Source of the DNA: Candidatus Spongiisociaceae bacterium
GTDB taxonomy: Bacteria > Actinomycetota > Acidimicrobiia > Spongiisociales > Spongiisociaceae
DNA length: 64,000 nucleotides
Reading direction: 5' to 3'
Assembly (NCBI GenBank): GCA_965219685.1
Contig: CBDCOH010000002.1
Span: 384,001 to 448,000, forward strand
Shown: piece after piece, positions 39,459-53,208 of the stretch
How positions within the stretch are numbered: the first letter of the stretch is position 1
Layout: the number at the start of each line of letters is the position of its first letter
Translations under genes and position numbers: made by a program
The notes under the pieces: model-generated
Databases searched by the model: none
Told to the model about the DNA's origin: nothing
The model's input: only the letters and a program-made list of their open reading frames with translations

Positions 39459-40877
39459 CTAGGCGGCGGCCTTCGCTTCCGCTAGCCAGGCGTCCACCTG
39501 ATCTTGGTTCGTGGCGATCCACTCCGCAACGAGGGTGGCGACATCCTCGCCGGCATCCTGCCTGACGATCTGGAGCGACACGTCTACGACGTTGAGCTTC
39601 ACGATCTCCAGGAGCTTGGCGGCGGCCGGGTGGTTGGCCAGCATGTCGTGGCGGGCCGAGGCGATCACATCGGCTGCCACCCAACCGATGTCGCAGACCC
39701 CGTCGTCTCCTGCGCTGGGGCAGGACTCGGGGCCGATCGCAGAAGTGGTGCCGGGCCTCTGGTCCCACTCCTCGCCGCCTTCACGGCCGAGCGGGTTCGA
39801 GTCGTCGATCGGGCTCTCGACCCCGATCCATACGACGTTGTCGCCCGGACGTAGAGCCGTGATGTAGGAGCTCGGGGTCCACGTGTACGCAACCATCGGC
39901 TCGCCGGCGTCTGCCTTGGCCGTGGCCTCAGCGAACATGGCGTCGTAACCGGCCAGCACCTGTTCGATGTTCTCCCAGCCCGAGAACGCTATCTGGCTCT
40001 GGATGATGTCGTCACAGGTCCAACTCTCCGGACATCCGTAGATGTCGGCTATGCCATTGCCCGGGTTTGGATCCTGGGCATCGTAGGCAGCTATGGCATC
40101 GGGATTGTTGTTCAGATCGTCGAGGGTGTTGATGCCGTACTCCTCCGCGAAGGACTTGGTCACCAGGTAACCCTGCAAGCCGCCGGCGAGCATCAACTCG
40201 CCTACCCGCCTGACATGCTCACCGACCAGCGAGCCATCCGGCATTTCGGCTGCGAGCCAGCTGTTGTGACCCGGATACCAACTGTTGACCCAGAAGTCGG
40301 CCTCGCCCTGGGCCATTGCCAGGTAGGCCAGGTTGGGGCCCAACTCGAGATCGGCCGGGTCGCTTACCTCGTAACCCAACTGCTGCATGAGCTGGCGCAT
40401 CAGTTCGGCCTGGAAGTAGCCGGTCGACCAGTTGGCGCGGGCCATCGTCAGGCTGACGCCCTCGCCGGGCAGCCTCATGGCCTCCTCTTCCATCATGGCC
40501 TGTTCCTCGGCGGCCCTCGCCGCGGCTTCCGCCTCCATGGCTTCGGCCTCGTCCAGCGCGGCTTGGGCCTCTGCCATCATGGCTTCGGCCTCGGCCTGTG
40601 CCTCTTCGGCCATGGCCCGTTCCTCGTCCGACATGGCCTCGGCCTCTTCGGCCATGGACGCCGCGTTCGCGGCGGCGGCTTCGGCGTCAGCCATCATGGC
40701 TTCGGCGTCGTCCATCATGGCTTGTGCCTCTGCCAGCGCGGCTTCGTCCACCACGACCTGTGTCACGGTGACCGGGGGTGCCGTCGTCGCAGGTGCGTCC
40801 GGAGTGTCATCTCCACAGGCAGCCGCCACGAGAGCGAGAACAGCCAAGACTGCGGTGACTCTGATACTGAGTTTCAT
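39459..40877 (-). CDS. Glycine betaine-type (ProX/OpuAC) ABC substrate-binding lipoprotein with a long Ala/Glu/Met helical linker
   Basis: Lipobox VAAAC; MARANWSTGYFQ, GCPESW, YTWTPS. Confidence 0.9.
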   Translation of the reverse strand: MKLSIRVTAVLAVLALVAAACGDDTPDAPATTAPPVTVTQVVVDEAALAEAQAMMDDAEAMMADAEAAAANAASMAEEAEAMSDEERAMAEEAQAEAEAMMAEAQAALDEAEAMEAEAAARAAEEQAMMEEEAMRLPGEGVSLTMARANWSTGYFQAELMRQLMQQLGYEVSDPADLELGPNLAYLAMAQGEADFWVNSWYPGHNSWLAAEMPDGSLVGEHVRRVGELMLAGGLQGYLVTKSFAEEYGINTLDDLNNNPDAIAAYDAQDPNPGNGIADIYGCPESWTCDDIIQSQIAFSGWENIEQVLAGYDAMFAEATAKADAGEPMVAYTWTPSSYITALRPGDNVVWIGVESPIDDSNPLGREGGEEWDQRPGTTSAIGPESCPSAGDDGVCDIGWVAADVIASARHDMLANHPAAAKLLEIVKLNVVDVSLQIVRQDAGEDVATLVAEWIATNQDQVDAWLAEAKAAA

Positions 40878-40910
40878 TATGCTCCTTTCTTGTCTTGGTT
40901 ATGCATAGTG

Positions 40911-40942
40911 GGTTACGAGGGAGTGGACACTCCCTCGTAACC
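40911..40942. other. Perfect 15-bp inverted repeat between permease and binding-protein genes
   Basis: GGTTACGAGGGAGTG-GA-CACTCCCTCGTAACC. Confidence 0.85.
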
Positions 40943-40950
40943 GCAATGGC

Positions 40951-43097
40951 TTAAGTTGGGGCTCCGACTGTGGCCTCGGCCTCGGTATCGGCTTCCGCGT
41001 TCGTATCCAGAGGATCTCCGTAGACCTTGGCACGCCGGAACTCCTTGAGTACGGCCATTGTGGAAGCGACTATCAACAGTCCACCGACCATGGTGAGGAA
41101 GGCGCCGATACCGGTCAGGAACTGCATGTCACCGGAGCGGACATGCGTGAGAATCCATGCGAAGGCGATACACGTCACAGCGCTTCCCAACCCGGCTGTC
41201 ACGGTGCTCCATCGCCATCTCCATTGCTCATCGCCGCCGAATACACCCGCGGCGGGAAGGCCGGCCAACATGGCCAGCAGTCCGGCGATCAGTGCCCAGA
41301 GACCGAGTTGCGGGCCGCTACCAGCGACGCCGTTGGTGAACGATGCCTGCCTGGCTTGGGCCTCCAGGACGAGAAGATCGGCCGCGTATACGGCTTGATT
41401 CTCCGGATCCTCATCGGCCCTGCGCTTGAGATCCTCGATCTCCACGATCCGTGCTTCGGCTTCCGCCAAGGCTTCAGGTGTAAGGGCCCGATCGGGTCGG
41501 CTATCAGCACTCCAACCGGAGAATACGCCGAGAAGGAGCACGAGCATCGCGATCCCCAGGCCGATGATCCTCCCCCAGTTGATTCCCAACGGGAGCGGGT
41601 GGAGCGGCGAGTGTTTTGCGACCCTCATCCACAGAATCGCTCCGACCGAGGCGATAAGCCCTCCTGCGATCGCGAGGTACACACCGATTCCGTGGCCCGG
41701 ATCCACGGCGCCGGCCGCGATTCCAGCATCGGTTACCGACTGGGCGAGCAAATGAGCGGACGATACGACCAGTGTGGAGATCGCAGCAATGACCGCCCCG
41801 TCTGCGGCGAGCCACCGGGGAGTTCGGCCCGGTCGGGCGCCGAAGGCTGCCACCGCAAGCACTACGAACAGACCCAGCGCCAGCACAGTGATACCGAACC
41901 AGGATCCCCCGGATGCCGACAGCCCGGTGAAAACCTGTCCGGCAAGCTCGGCTTCGAGAGAAGCGTCTGTCCACCTTCCCCAGGCGCTGATCTTTCCGGC
42001 ATTAGATGTCCACGGGAGGAAGGCGCTCACGACCGTCACCAAGCCTCCGATGAGCGCCACCAGCATCGGGAGGCGCTCGCGGGTGGCGATCGGCGCGTAC
42101 TCATCTGCTTCCTGATACTCGACGATGGCGGTTGGCTCCGTATCGGGGATCAGCATCTCCGGATCCCGGCGGTGCTTCCAAGCCAGTTGGATGCGCTTGA
42201 AGAAGTTGGTGGACTCGGTGCCCTGACGCTGCGACATCCTGTCGAGCACGACTGCTACCAGGAAGAAAGCCAGGCCTCCCGCTGCGCCTTCGCCGACATC
42301 CTGGTTGTTTATGGCCCGTAGCAGCACGCGCCCGAGGCCGAACGAGCCCATGAGCGCGGCGATCCCGAGCATCGAGATGGCCAGGAGGAGGGTCTGGTTG
42401 ATACCGGTCATGATGGCGGGCCGGGCCAGCGGGATCTGAACGTCGAAGAGGACACGGGCCTCCGAGGCGCCGTAGGCGCGGGAAGCCTCGACCACATCCG
42501 GGGGGACCTGACGTATACCCAGGTTTGTGAGGCGGATCAATGGGGGGAGTGCGTACACCATTGTCACCATCGTCGCTGAGACCTCGCCCAATCCGAAGAA
42601 CCAGATGAAAGGCAACATGTAGACGAAGGAATGAACCACCTGCATAGCATCGAGAATCGGTCTGGTCACCTGCCAGATGCCGTCCACCCGGCCACAGGCG
42701 ATACCGACCGGGATCCCGATCACCACGCAAAGGATGACCGCCACGCCGATGAGACCGATCGTGGCAGCGGTTTCCTTCCAGTATCCGGTGTCCAGCAAAC
42801 CGCAGAGACTCAAGGACACCGCTACGAAGACAGCAACCTTCAGGTTGCGGGTTATCCACGCTACCAACGCCATCGCCAGCACGATCCAAACCCACGAGAT
42901 CTCGATAAGCAGGTCGCGGACAAGACTGCGGACCATGATCTCGAACGGCCAGGCGAAGATATCGAGCACCGTCGTGAGGTTGACCGCTATCCACCTGGCG
43001 GCCTGTTCCATCCAATCCCCGAAGGGGACCGTCCACTCGTCGAGGAGAGCGTTGTCCCAGATTGGTATCCGCTCCGAAGCCTGAGCGAGGACTGCGG

Positions 43098-43101
<4 letters not shown>
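40951..43101 (-). CDS. ProW/OpuAB-type ABC permease with a ~400-aa C-terminal membrane extension
   Basis: RPILDAMQ, PPLIRLTNLGIRQVP, VQIPLARPAIMTGINQT, followed by several additional TM helices. Confidence 0.88.
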
Positions 43102-44321
<1,220 letters not shown>

Positions 44322-44418
44322 CGCCACTCCTCCCAGGGGCTGACTGTCCCGCGAGCCGTCTTGTAGCAACGGTGGATCACCGGGATACGCTCCAACCGCC
44401 GGACGACTCACATTCTCT

Positions 44419-44453
44419 GTCTCGCGATACGGTACTGTTCCGCATCGTAGCAC
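44419..44453. promoter_or_regulatory. Tandem 17-bp IclR-type operators upstream of ABC operon 1
   Basis: GTCTCGCGATACGGTAC-T-GTTCCGCATCGTAGCAC. Confidence 0.75.
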
Positions 44454-44552
44454 AAAGGCCTATGACATTCTCAGTTGCACAGGTTTTTTCGGTCAGCGAG
44501 TACTGGTGGGGGACTCACGGCTTTGAACATCGCAGAGGCCGTGTCGGGGAAG

Positions 44553-44583
44553 GAAGGAGGGCGCCTGAGCGGCGCCCTCCTTC
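44553..44583. terminator. Hairpin after the second binding-protein gene
   Basis: GAAGGAGGGCGCC-TGAGC-GGCGCCCTCCTTC. Confidence 0.7.
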
Positions 44584-44610
44584 ACCGTTTGACTAGCCCT
44601 GGTGGGGGTC

Positions 44611-46986
44611 TCAGCCGGTCAAGCGCGCTGCGCGGAGCCACGAGTCCGCAAGTTCGCGGTTGTCGCCGATCCATTCGGCGGCGTGGCGCCTGATGTCGTC
44701 CTCGCTGTTCTCACCGGCCTGCATGCGCACGTTCTGGAGGGCGATGTCGACCGGGTTGATGGTGAACAACTCGAACAGTCTGGCCGCGGCCGGGTTAGCG
44801 GCGAGGAAGTCGTTGTTGGCGATCACCGCGATATCCGCCGCGTCCCAACCGAGCAGGCACGGGTCGGTGGTGCATCTGTCGCCAATCGACGTCGGGCCTT
44901 CGATCTGGGTGGGCGAGATCGAGGGGTCCTCGTGGATGGAGACCCACACGGCATTGTCGCCCGGGCGCAGATCGCTCACGTAGTGAGAGGGCGCCCAGGT
45001 ATAGACCAGGTAGGGCTCCCCGGCTGCGTCCCTGGCGATAGCGTCCGCGATCATCGCGTCGTATCCACCGATATCGAACTGCTCGATGTTGTCCCAGCCC
45101 CCGTTCTCGATCCAAGCGTTGATGTTGGCGTGACAACCCCAACCTTCCGGGCAGCCGTAGATCTGGAGTACGCCGTCGCCCGGCGACGGGTCAGCCGCCT
45201 CGTATGTGGCGAACTGATCAGGATCCGCCAGCAGGGCATCGAGAGTGGTCAACCCGTTCGCGTCGGCGAAGGCCTTGTTGGTGATAAGCCCTTGCACGCC
45301 CGCTCTGGCCATCTCCCGGCCTAAGCGGGTGACATGGTCACTAACCAGGGAGCCGTCGGGCATCGTCCCTGCCAGGAACTGGTCGTGGTTCGGGAGCCAC
45401 GAGTTGACCCAGAAGTCGAACTCACCGTTGGCCATCGCCACATACGCGTTGGAGGGCGCAAGTTCCAGATCGGCCGGATCAGTCACCTCGTAACCCAACT
45501 CTGCGAGCAGCGCCGCATAGATAGCAGCCTGCATGTAGCCGGTCGACCAGTTAGCCCGCGCCATCGTCACCGAAACCCCCGAACCAGGTGTCTCGTCAAC
45601 CGGCACGCGGGCGACCGCCAGCCACACATCGACGGTGGCGCGGTTGTCGGCGATCCATTCGGCGGCGTGGCGCCTGATGTCGTCCTCGCTGTTCTCACCG
45701 GCCTGCATGCGCACGTTCTGGAGGGCGATGTCGACCGGGTTGATGGTGAACAACTCGAACAGTCTGGCCGCGGCCGGGTTAGCGGCGAGGAAGTCGTTGT
45801 TGGCGATCACCGCGATATCCGCCGCGTCCCAACCGAGCAGGCACGGGTCGGTGGTGCATCTGTCGCCAATCGACGTCGGGCCTTCGATCTGGGTGGGCGA
45901 GATCGAGGGGTCCTCGTGGATGGAGACCCACACGGCATTGTCGCCCGGGCGCAGATCGCTCACGTAGTGAGAGGGCGCCCAGGTATAGACCAGGTAGGGC
46001 TCCCCGGCTGCGTCCCTGGCGATAGCGTCCGCGATCATCGCGTCGTATCCACCGATATCGAACTGCTCGATGTTGTCCCAGCCCCCGTTCTCGATCCAAG
46101 CGTTGATGTTGGCGTGACAACCCCAACCTTCCGGGCAGCCGTAGATCTGGAGTACGCCGTCGCCCGGCGACGGGTCAGCCGCCTCGTATGTGGCGAACTG
46201 ATCAGGATCCGCCAGCAGGGCATCGAGAGTGGTCAACCCGTTCGCGTCGGCGAAGGCCTTGTTGGTGATAAGCCCTTGCACGCCCGCTCTGGCCATCTCC
46301 CGGCCTAAGCGGGTGACATGGTCACTAACCAGGGAGCCGTCGGGCATCGTCCCTGCCAGGAACTGGTCGTGGTTCGGGAGCCACGAGTTGACCCAGAAGT
46401 CGAACTCACCGTTGGCCATCGCCACATACGCGTTGGAGGGCGCAAGTTCCAGATCGGCCGGATCAGTCACCTCGTAACCCAACTCTGCGAGCAGCGCCGC
46501 ATAGATAGCAGCCTGCATGTAGCCGGTCGACCAGTTAGCCCGCGCCATCGTCACCGAAACCCCCGCCCCGGGGCCCTTGCCGGCCTCTTCGAGCGCCATC
46601 TGGGCTTCTTGTGCGGCCCTCTCGGCGTCTTGTGCGGCCCTCTCGGCGTCTTGTGCGACCTGCTGGGCATCCTCGAGTTCCATCTGGGCTTCTTCTGCGG
46701 CCTTCTGGGCTTCTTCCAGCGCCATCTGGGCCTCTTCGCCGCCTTCAGCAGCAGCTGCTTCCGCATCTTCCAGTGCAGCTTTGGCCGCCTCTAACTCGGC
46801 TTCTGCTTCCGCCAGAGCCGCGTTAGCCGCCTCTTCAGCAGCCTGTGCCGCCTCCTGCGCGCTGGTGTCGATGACGGTGACGGGCGCCTGGGTCTCGGCC
46901 GGGGCTTCCGGTTCGTCATCCCCGCACGCCACGGCCAGCAGTGAGAACACCGCCAGTAATGCCAAGGCTCTTCTCGTCCTCTTCAT
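44611..46986 (-). CDS. ProX/OpuAC-type lipoprotein with a coiled-coil stalk and two tandem near-identical binding domains
   Basis: Lipobox LAVAC; ~110-aa A/E/Q helix; the domain starting GVSVTMARANWSTGYMQ occurs twice. Confidence 0.88.
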   Translation of the reverse strand: MKRTRRALALLAVFSLLAVACGDDEPEAPAETQAPVTVIDTSAQEAAQAAEEAANAALAEAEAELEAAKAALEDAEAAAAEGGEEAQMALEEAQKAAEEAQMELEDAQQVAQDAERAAQDAERAAQEAQMALEEAGKGPGAGVSVTMARANWSTGYMQAAIYAALLAELGYEVTDPADLELAPSNAYVAMANGEFDFWVNSWLPNHDQFLAGTMPDGSLVSDHVTRLGREMARAGVQGLITNKAFADANGLTTLDALLADPDQFATYEAADPSPGDGVLQIYGCPEGWGCHANINAWIENGGWDNIEQFDIGGYDAMIADAIARDAAGEPYLVYTWAPSHYVSDLRPGDNAVWVSIHEDPSISPTQIEGPTSIGDRCTTDPCLLGWDAADIAVIANNDFLAANPAAARLFELFTINPVDIALQNVRMQAGENSEDDIRRHAAEWIADNRATVDVWLAVARVPVDETPGSGVSVTMARANWSTGYMQAAIYAALLAELGYEVTDPADLELAPSNAYVAMANGEFDFWVNSWLPNHDQFLAGTMPDGSLVSDHVTRLGREMARAGVQGLITNKAFADANGLTTLDALLADPDQFATYEAADPSPGDGVLQIYGCPEGWGCHANINAWIENGGWDNIEQFDIGGYDAMIADAIARDAAGEPYLVYTWAPSHYVSDLRPGDNAVWVSIHEDPSISPTQIEGPTSIGDRCTTDPCLLGWDAADIAVIANNDFLAANPAAARLFELFTINPVDIALQNVRMQAGENSEDDIRRHAAEWIGDNRELADSWLRAARLTG
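44667..46565. repeat. Intragenic direct duplication, 915 bp x2, period 984 bp (44667-45581 = 45651-46565)
   Basis: Identical protein halves, identical alternate-frame ORFs, and matching sequence at the checked boundaries. Confidence 0.92.
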
Positions 46987-47045
46987 TTTCTGTCCTTCCT
47001 TCTCGCTTGCGTTCTACGACCAGGCTTGGTCTGTGCGTGTGCCGG

Positions 47046-49216
47046 TCAAGGCTGAGTCCTCGGCGCAACCAACCCGTCCACAGCGGCCTTCGGAGGGGTT
47101 CCCGGGTCCGGCTGACCAGGCTGATGGTCCGCTTGGTATACCTTTGCTCTCTGGAACTCCCTCAATACCGCTCGCATCGATGCGAAGAGGAAGAATCCGG
47201 CCAGCAGGCACAGGAACGCACCAGGGCCGCTGACGAAGTTGGGGTCCGAGACGCGCACCAGCGAAACGATCCACCCTGCCGACACGAGCATTACCCCTGC
47301 CCCCAGCGCGGAGACCGCGACGCTCCACCTCCAGCGCCGTCTGTCGTCCCTACCGAACAGTCCGGCCGCCGGGAGGGTGAGCAGGAACGCCACCCCGCCC
47401 ATCCCCAAGGTCAGATACCCGAGGCGGGAACCGGTCTCGCTGAAACCATCGGTGCGCACGATGTTCTTCCGCTGGGCTTCGGAAGCAAGCGCCGCGATCT
47501 GGGTGGCGTTCTCCGAAGCCTTGGACGGATCCTCACGCGCTTCCGTTTCGAGGCGGTCGATCTCGGCTTGCAACTCGGGAGTGATGACCGACGCTACTCG
47601 CGAGTCAACCGACCACGACGACAGTCCGGTCACCACCAGCATTCCCACAATCGCCACCGAGATGACCAAGCGGATGATGGACACGGTGGACGGCAGCGGG
47701 CGTAGAGGATTGTAGGGGGCGCTTCGCATCCATATAGCAGCACCGGCAACGGCGATGATCCCGCTACCCAGGGCTAGCCAAGCCCCGATCCCGTGGCTGT
47801 AGGACGTCGCCTCGGAAGGTGTATCGATCCAAAGGTAGGCGAACGCCGACGCCAGCAGGCCCACGGCCGAGATCAGGGCGCCGTCGGCCCCGAACCAGCG
47901 GGCCACCGTGCCCGGTCTGGTCAGTGTGGTCAGCGCGGAACCCAGTACTATCACGCTCGTTGCCAGCACGGCGATCCCGAAGAAACTACCCCCCTCGGCG
48001 GCCAACCCGTTGAAGCTCAGCCCGCCCAGGTCCAGGTCGGACGCCCGGCCGTACGCCGAGATATGGCCGGAGTCGCGTCCCCAAGGGAGGAAGACCGAGA
48101 TCACCGCCAGCACGGACGCGGCCAGGCCGATCCATGCGCCCACCCTCTCTGCGTTCCCCACCGGCGCCGGAGTTCCTTCAGAGACTTCGTCGGTGGCAAG
48201 GCTCTTCGCGGGTCCGTCCAGAAGCACTTCCGGGTCCCGCCGGTGCGCCCAGGCCATGCGAATACGGCCGAACAGGTTGGTACTCTCCCCGGCCTCGGTC
48301 TGGGTGATGCGATCCAGGACCACCGCGACGATGAACAGGGCGAGCCCGGCGGAGGTCGACAGCGGAGTGTCGATGTTCACCACCGCCCGGAACACCAGGA
48401 GGCCCAGCCCGCTAGCACCCATGATGGCGGCGATTCCGATCATCGATATCGACAGGAGGAGGGTCTGGTTCAGGCCGGTCATGATGGCGGCTCGGGCCAG
48501 CGGTAGCTGGACATCGATGAGCACCCGCAACTCCGAGGCGCCGTAGGCGCGCGACGCCTCGACGACGTCTGCGGGTACCTGCCGGATCCCGAGGTTGGTG
48601 AGGCGGATCAGCGGGGGAACGGCGAATACCATCGTCACCATGGTGGCCGGTTCGGGGCCGAGGCCGAAGAAGAAGATGAAGGGGATTATGTAGACGAAGG
48701 CGTGGACCACCTGCATGGCGTCCAGGACGGGGCGCACCACCTTCCATACGCCGTCGAAGCGGCCGCAAAGGACCCCGAGAGGGATCCCGAATACTGCGCA
48801 GATCACCACCGCAACCACGATCAGCCCTATGGTCGTGGTCGTCTCCGCCCAGAATTCGTTGCCCAGCAGCCCGCATACCGCCAGCAACACGGCAAGGCCG
48901 AAACCCACCCTGAAGTTGCGGGTCATCATCCCCACCACCAATACCAATCCGCATACGAGCACCCAGGACATGTCCGTGATCTCCCACCATGGGTGGTACT
49001 CGGGTCCGTCTACGAAGTTCCGGAACAGGAACGAGAACGGCCACTCGATGACGTCCAGGACGGATCCCATATTTCCGACGACCCAGTCCACGATCTCGTC
49101 CATCCAGGACCCGAACGGTATTTCCCAGGAGTCGAGAACGGTGTTGTCCCAGAACCGGGTGGTTTCCTCTGCGGAGCCACCTTGGGCGAGGATGGTTGTG
49201 GGTCGGGTGTGGGGGT

Positions 49217-49220
<4 letters not shown>
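47046..49220 (-). CDS. ProW/OpuAB-type ABC permease with C-terminal membrane extension (paralog 2)
   Basis: RPVLDAMQ, PPLIRLTNLGIRQVP, VQLPLARAAIMTGLNQT; same extension as 40951-43101. Confidence 0.88.
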
Positions 49221-50440
<1,220 letters not shown>

Positions 50441-50700
50441 TCTCCTCCCCGACCGGCCTACCGCGCTGCGATACCGCGGCGACTGATAGCGTCAGCGAGT
50501 AGGGACACAGTGACGACCGCCTTGATCACGTCGGTCCCGAACATCGCCGTCATAGTGCCTGGTCATCGCTGCATTTCATGGTGCACCGCGATCATCGTTT
50601 TCCCGGGTCGACTCCTACCCGCGGACGCTCTCACCGCCGGCAGGTGGCTCGTGTTGACCTTAGTGCGCGGCTAACTGTTCCGCACTCGAAAGTGGGTTTT

Positions 50701-50735
50701 GTATCACGATGCGGAACGGTTCCGCATCGTAGGAC
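50701..50735. promoter_or_regulatory. Tandem 17-bp IclR-type operators in the ABC2/fhs divergon
   Basis: GTATCACGATGCGGAAC-G-GTTCCGCATCGTAGGAC; a weaker site at 50677. Confidence 0.8.
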
Positions 50736-50900
50736 GCTGGCGGGCGGGAAGGTACCCACGGCGAGGTGGCAACCGGTGTCCGTTCGGAGACATCGACGCG
50801 CGCGGGGCGGACGCCGTTCGATTGTCTCACCGATCAGAAGCGTGAACACCCACCGATTGACCCCTAACCGCCGGGCAGCGTGGGAATGAGGACTCCGTTC

Positions 50901-50935
50901 GTACCACGATACGGTACCGTTCCGCATCGTAGTAC
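50901..50935. promoter_or_regulatory. Tandem 17-bp IclR-type operators upstream of fhs
   Basis: GTACCACGATACGGTAC-C-GTTCCGCATCGTAGTAC. Confidence 0.8.
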
Positions 50936-50989
50936 CGAGCCGGTTAGCATGGTCCTCCGAAAGTACCTAGAAGCTCTCGCGGAGTTGCC

Positions 50990-52759
50990 ATGAGCGTCAC
51001 CGCCGGTTTTCCCTCCGACCTGGAGATCGCGCAAGCCGCCACCCCCAAACCCATCGCTGAGATCGCCGACGCGATCGGCATCCGCCCCGACGAGTTGATC
51101 CCTTACGGCTCCACCAAGGCCAAGGTCCACCTGGACATCCTCAAACGAGTGGGCCGTCGCCCTAGGGGCAAGTACGTGGATGTGACCGCTGTCACACCCA
51201 CCCCTCTCGGTGAGGGAAAGACCACCACGACCATTGGTCTGGTGCAGGGCTTGGGCCTCCTGGGGAAGCGGCCCATAGCCACCATCCGGCAACCCTCCAT
51301 GGGTCCCACGTTCGGGATCAAGGGCGGCGCGGCCGGAGGAGGCTACAGCCAGGTCATTCCGATGGACGAGTTCAACCTGCACCTCACCGGCGACATGCAC
51401 GCCATCAGCGTCGCGCACAACCTGGTGGCCGCAGCGCTCGACGCTCGCTGGTATCACGAGCGGAGACTCACCGACTCCCAGTTGGAGGCACTCGGCCTCG
51501 ACCGGCTGAACATGGACATCTACCAGACGCGCTGGCGCCGGGTGGTGGATGTCAACGATCGGGCCCTGCGCAACGTCGTCGTCGGGTTGGGCGGGCGATT
51601 CGACGGTCGGCCCCGAGAGACCGGCTACGACATCACCGTGGCCTCGGAGTTGATGGCGATACTGGCCCTCACGGACGGCGCCGACTATGCCTCGGCGCTG
51701 CGGAATCTGCGGAGCCGCTGCGCTCGGGCGGTCATCGGCAATGACGAGGACGGTCGGCCGATAACCCTGGAGGATCTCGAGGTCGCCGGGGCGGTTACGG
51801 TCCTCATGCGGGATGCACTGCACCCCACGCTGATGCAGACCCTCGAGGGCCAGGCAGCCTTCGTGCACGCCGGACCGTTCGCCAACATTGCGCACGGGAA
51901 CTCCTCGATCCTGGCCGACCGGGTCGCCCTGCAGTTGGGCGACTACGTGATCACCGAGTCCGGATTCGGGTCTGACATGGGAATGGAGAAGTTCTTCGAC
52001 ATCAAGTGCCGTGTCTCCGGACTCGTTCCCGACGCAGTGGTGATGGTGGCAACCATCCGGGCCTTGAAGACGCACGGTGGTGGGCCCAAAGTTGTGCCGG
52101 GCCGGCCCCTCGCCGAGGCGTATACCAGCGAGAATCTCCCGTTGCTCGAGGCGGGCCTCACGAACCTGGCCGCCCACATCGACGGCGCTCGCCGATTCGG
52201 TGTACGGGTCGTAGTGGTAGTCAATGCGTTTCCAACCGATACCGACAACGAGATCGAAACCGTGAAGAGGGCCGCGCTCGGCGCCGGGGCGGCCGCGGCG
52301 GTGACCTCCACGCACTGGGCGGATGGGGGTAGGGGAGCGACTGACCTTGCGCGGGCGGTCATCGATGCCTGCGAGGAGCCCACCGACTTCCGGTTTCTCT
52401 ACCCGCTCGAGGCGTCGATCAAGGGGAAGATCGAAGCTATTGCCACCGAGCTATACGGCGCCGACGGGGTGGACTACTCACCGCGGGCCGAGCGTGACAT
52501 AGCCGGATACGAAAAGGACGGCTACGGCAACCTGCCTGTATGCATGGCGAAGACACCTCTCTCACTCTCCCACGATCCCAACCTGAAAGGCCGGCCCACC
52601 GGGTTCCGCCTTCCCGTGCGCGAGGTTCGGGCATCGGTCGGCGCCGGATTCCTGGTTCCCATCCTCGGGGCGATCAACACCATGCCGGGACTCGGTACCA
52701 AGCCTGCCTACATGAACGTCGACATCGACGAGGACGGCAAGATTGTCGGCCTGTTCTGA
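50990..52759 (+). CDS. fhs: Formate--tetrahydrofolate ligase
   Basis: SDLEIAQ, TPTPLGEGKTTT, GIKGGAAGGGYSQV, NLHLTGD, HAGPFANIAHG, MPGL. Confidence 0.97.
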   Translation: MSVTAGFPSDLEIAQAATPKPIAEIADAIGIRPDELIPYGSTKAKVHLDILKRVGRRPRGKYVDVTAVTPTPLGEGKTTTTIGLVQGLGLLGKRPIATIRQPSMGPTFGIKGGAAGGGYSQVIPMDEFNLHLTGDMHAISVAHNLVAAALDARWYHERRLTDSQLEALGLDRLNMDIYQTRWRRVVDVNDRALRNVVVGLGGRFDGRPRETGYDITVASELMAILALTDGADYASALRNLRSRCARAVIGNDEDGRPITLEDLEVAGAVTVLMRDALHPTLMQTLEGQAAFVHAGPFANIAHGNSSILADRVALQLGDYVITESGFGSDMGMEKFFDIKCRVSGLVPDAVVMVATIRALKTHGGGPKVVPGRPLAEAYTSENLPLLEAGLTNLAAHIDGARRFGVRVVVVVNAFPTDTDNEIETVKRAALGAGAAAAVTSTHWADGGRGATDLARAVIDACEEPTDFRFLYPLEASIKGKIEAIATELYGADGVDYSPRAERDIAGYEKDGYGNLPVCMAKTPLSLSHDPNLKGRPTGFRLPVREVRASVGAGFLVPILGAINTMPGLGTKPAYMNVDIDEDGKIVGLF

Positions 52760-53159
52760 GCCATCGCCTCCTGGCGTCGAGGCTCCGACAGCTTCCGTCC
52801 GGTATCTGGTCGTCGACTGTCTCGACCTCGACCGATCGGCCCGGTTCTGGGGAGCCCTGCTCGGACTCCGGGCGGGACGGCGTCTCGGCAACTATCTGTT
52901 CATGGGATCGGTGCTCCCAAGGTGTGACCTGGTCCTGCAACTCGTGGACGGGGTGACCGCCGACAAGAGTCCCGTCCACTTCGACATCCAGGGGGCCGGT
53001 TCGGAGGACTATGAGAAGATCGTTGCCCAAGCGGAACGGCTTGGTGGCAGAATCGTGGAGACGGTGACCGAGGACGAGTACACCTTGACCGTGATGGCCG
53101 ATCCCGACGGCAACGAGTTCTGCGTCAACCGGGTGCCATCCGGGCAGCCCGTCGGATGA
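52743..53159 (+). CDS. VOC/glyoxalase-like family protein (start uncertain)
   Basis: LVVDCLD..SARFW..HFDI..VMADPDGNEFC. Confidence 0.8.
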   Translation: MSACSEPSPPGVEAPTASVRYLVVDCLDLDRSARFWGALLGLRAGRRLGNYLFMGSVLPRCDLVLQLVDGVTADKSPVHFDIQGAGSEDYEKIVAQAERLGGRIVETVTEDEYTLTVMADPDGNEFCVNRVPSGQPVG

Positions 53160-53208
53160 GGACACCGAGTACCGACGCTCATGGAGAGCGAGGAAAGGAG
53201 GTGATCGA

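Noticed and set aside
50740-50890. ZTP or THF riboswitch upstream of fhs
   Set aside because: Only scattered short matches; I could not build the conserved stems or pseudoknot. An Infernal/Rfam scan would settle it.
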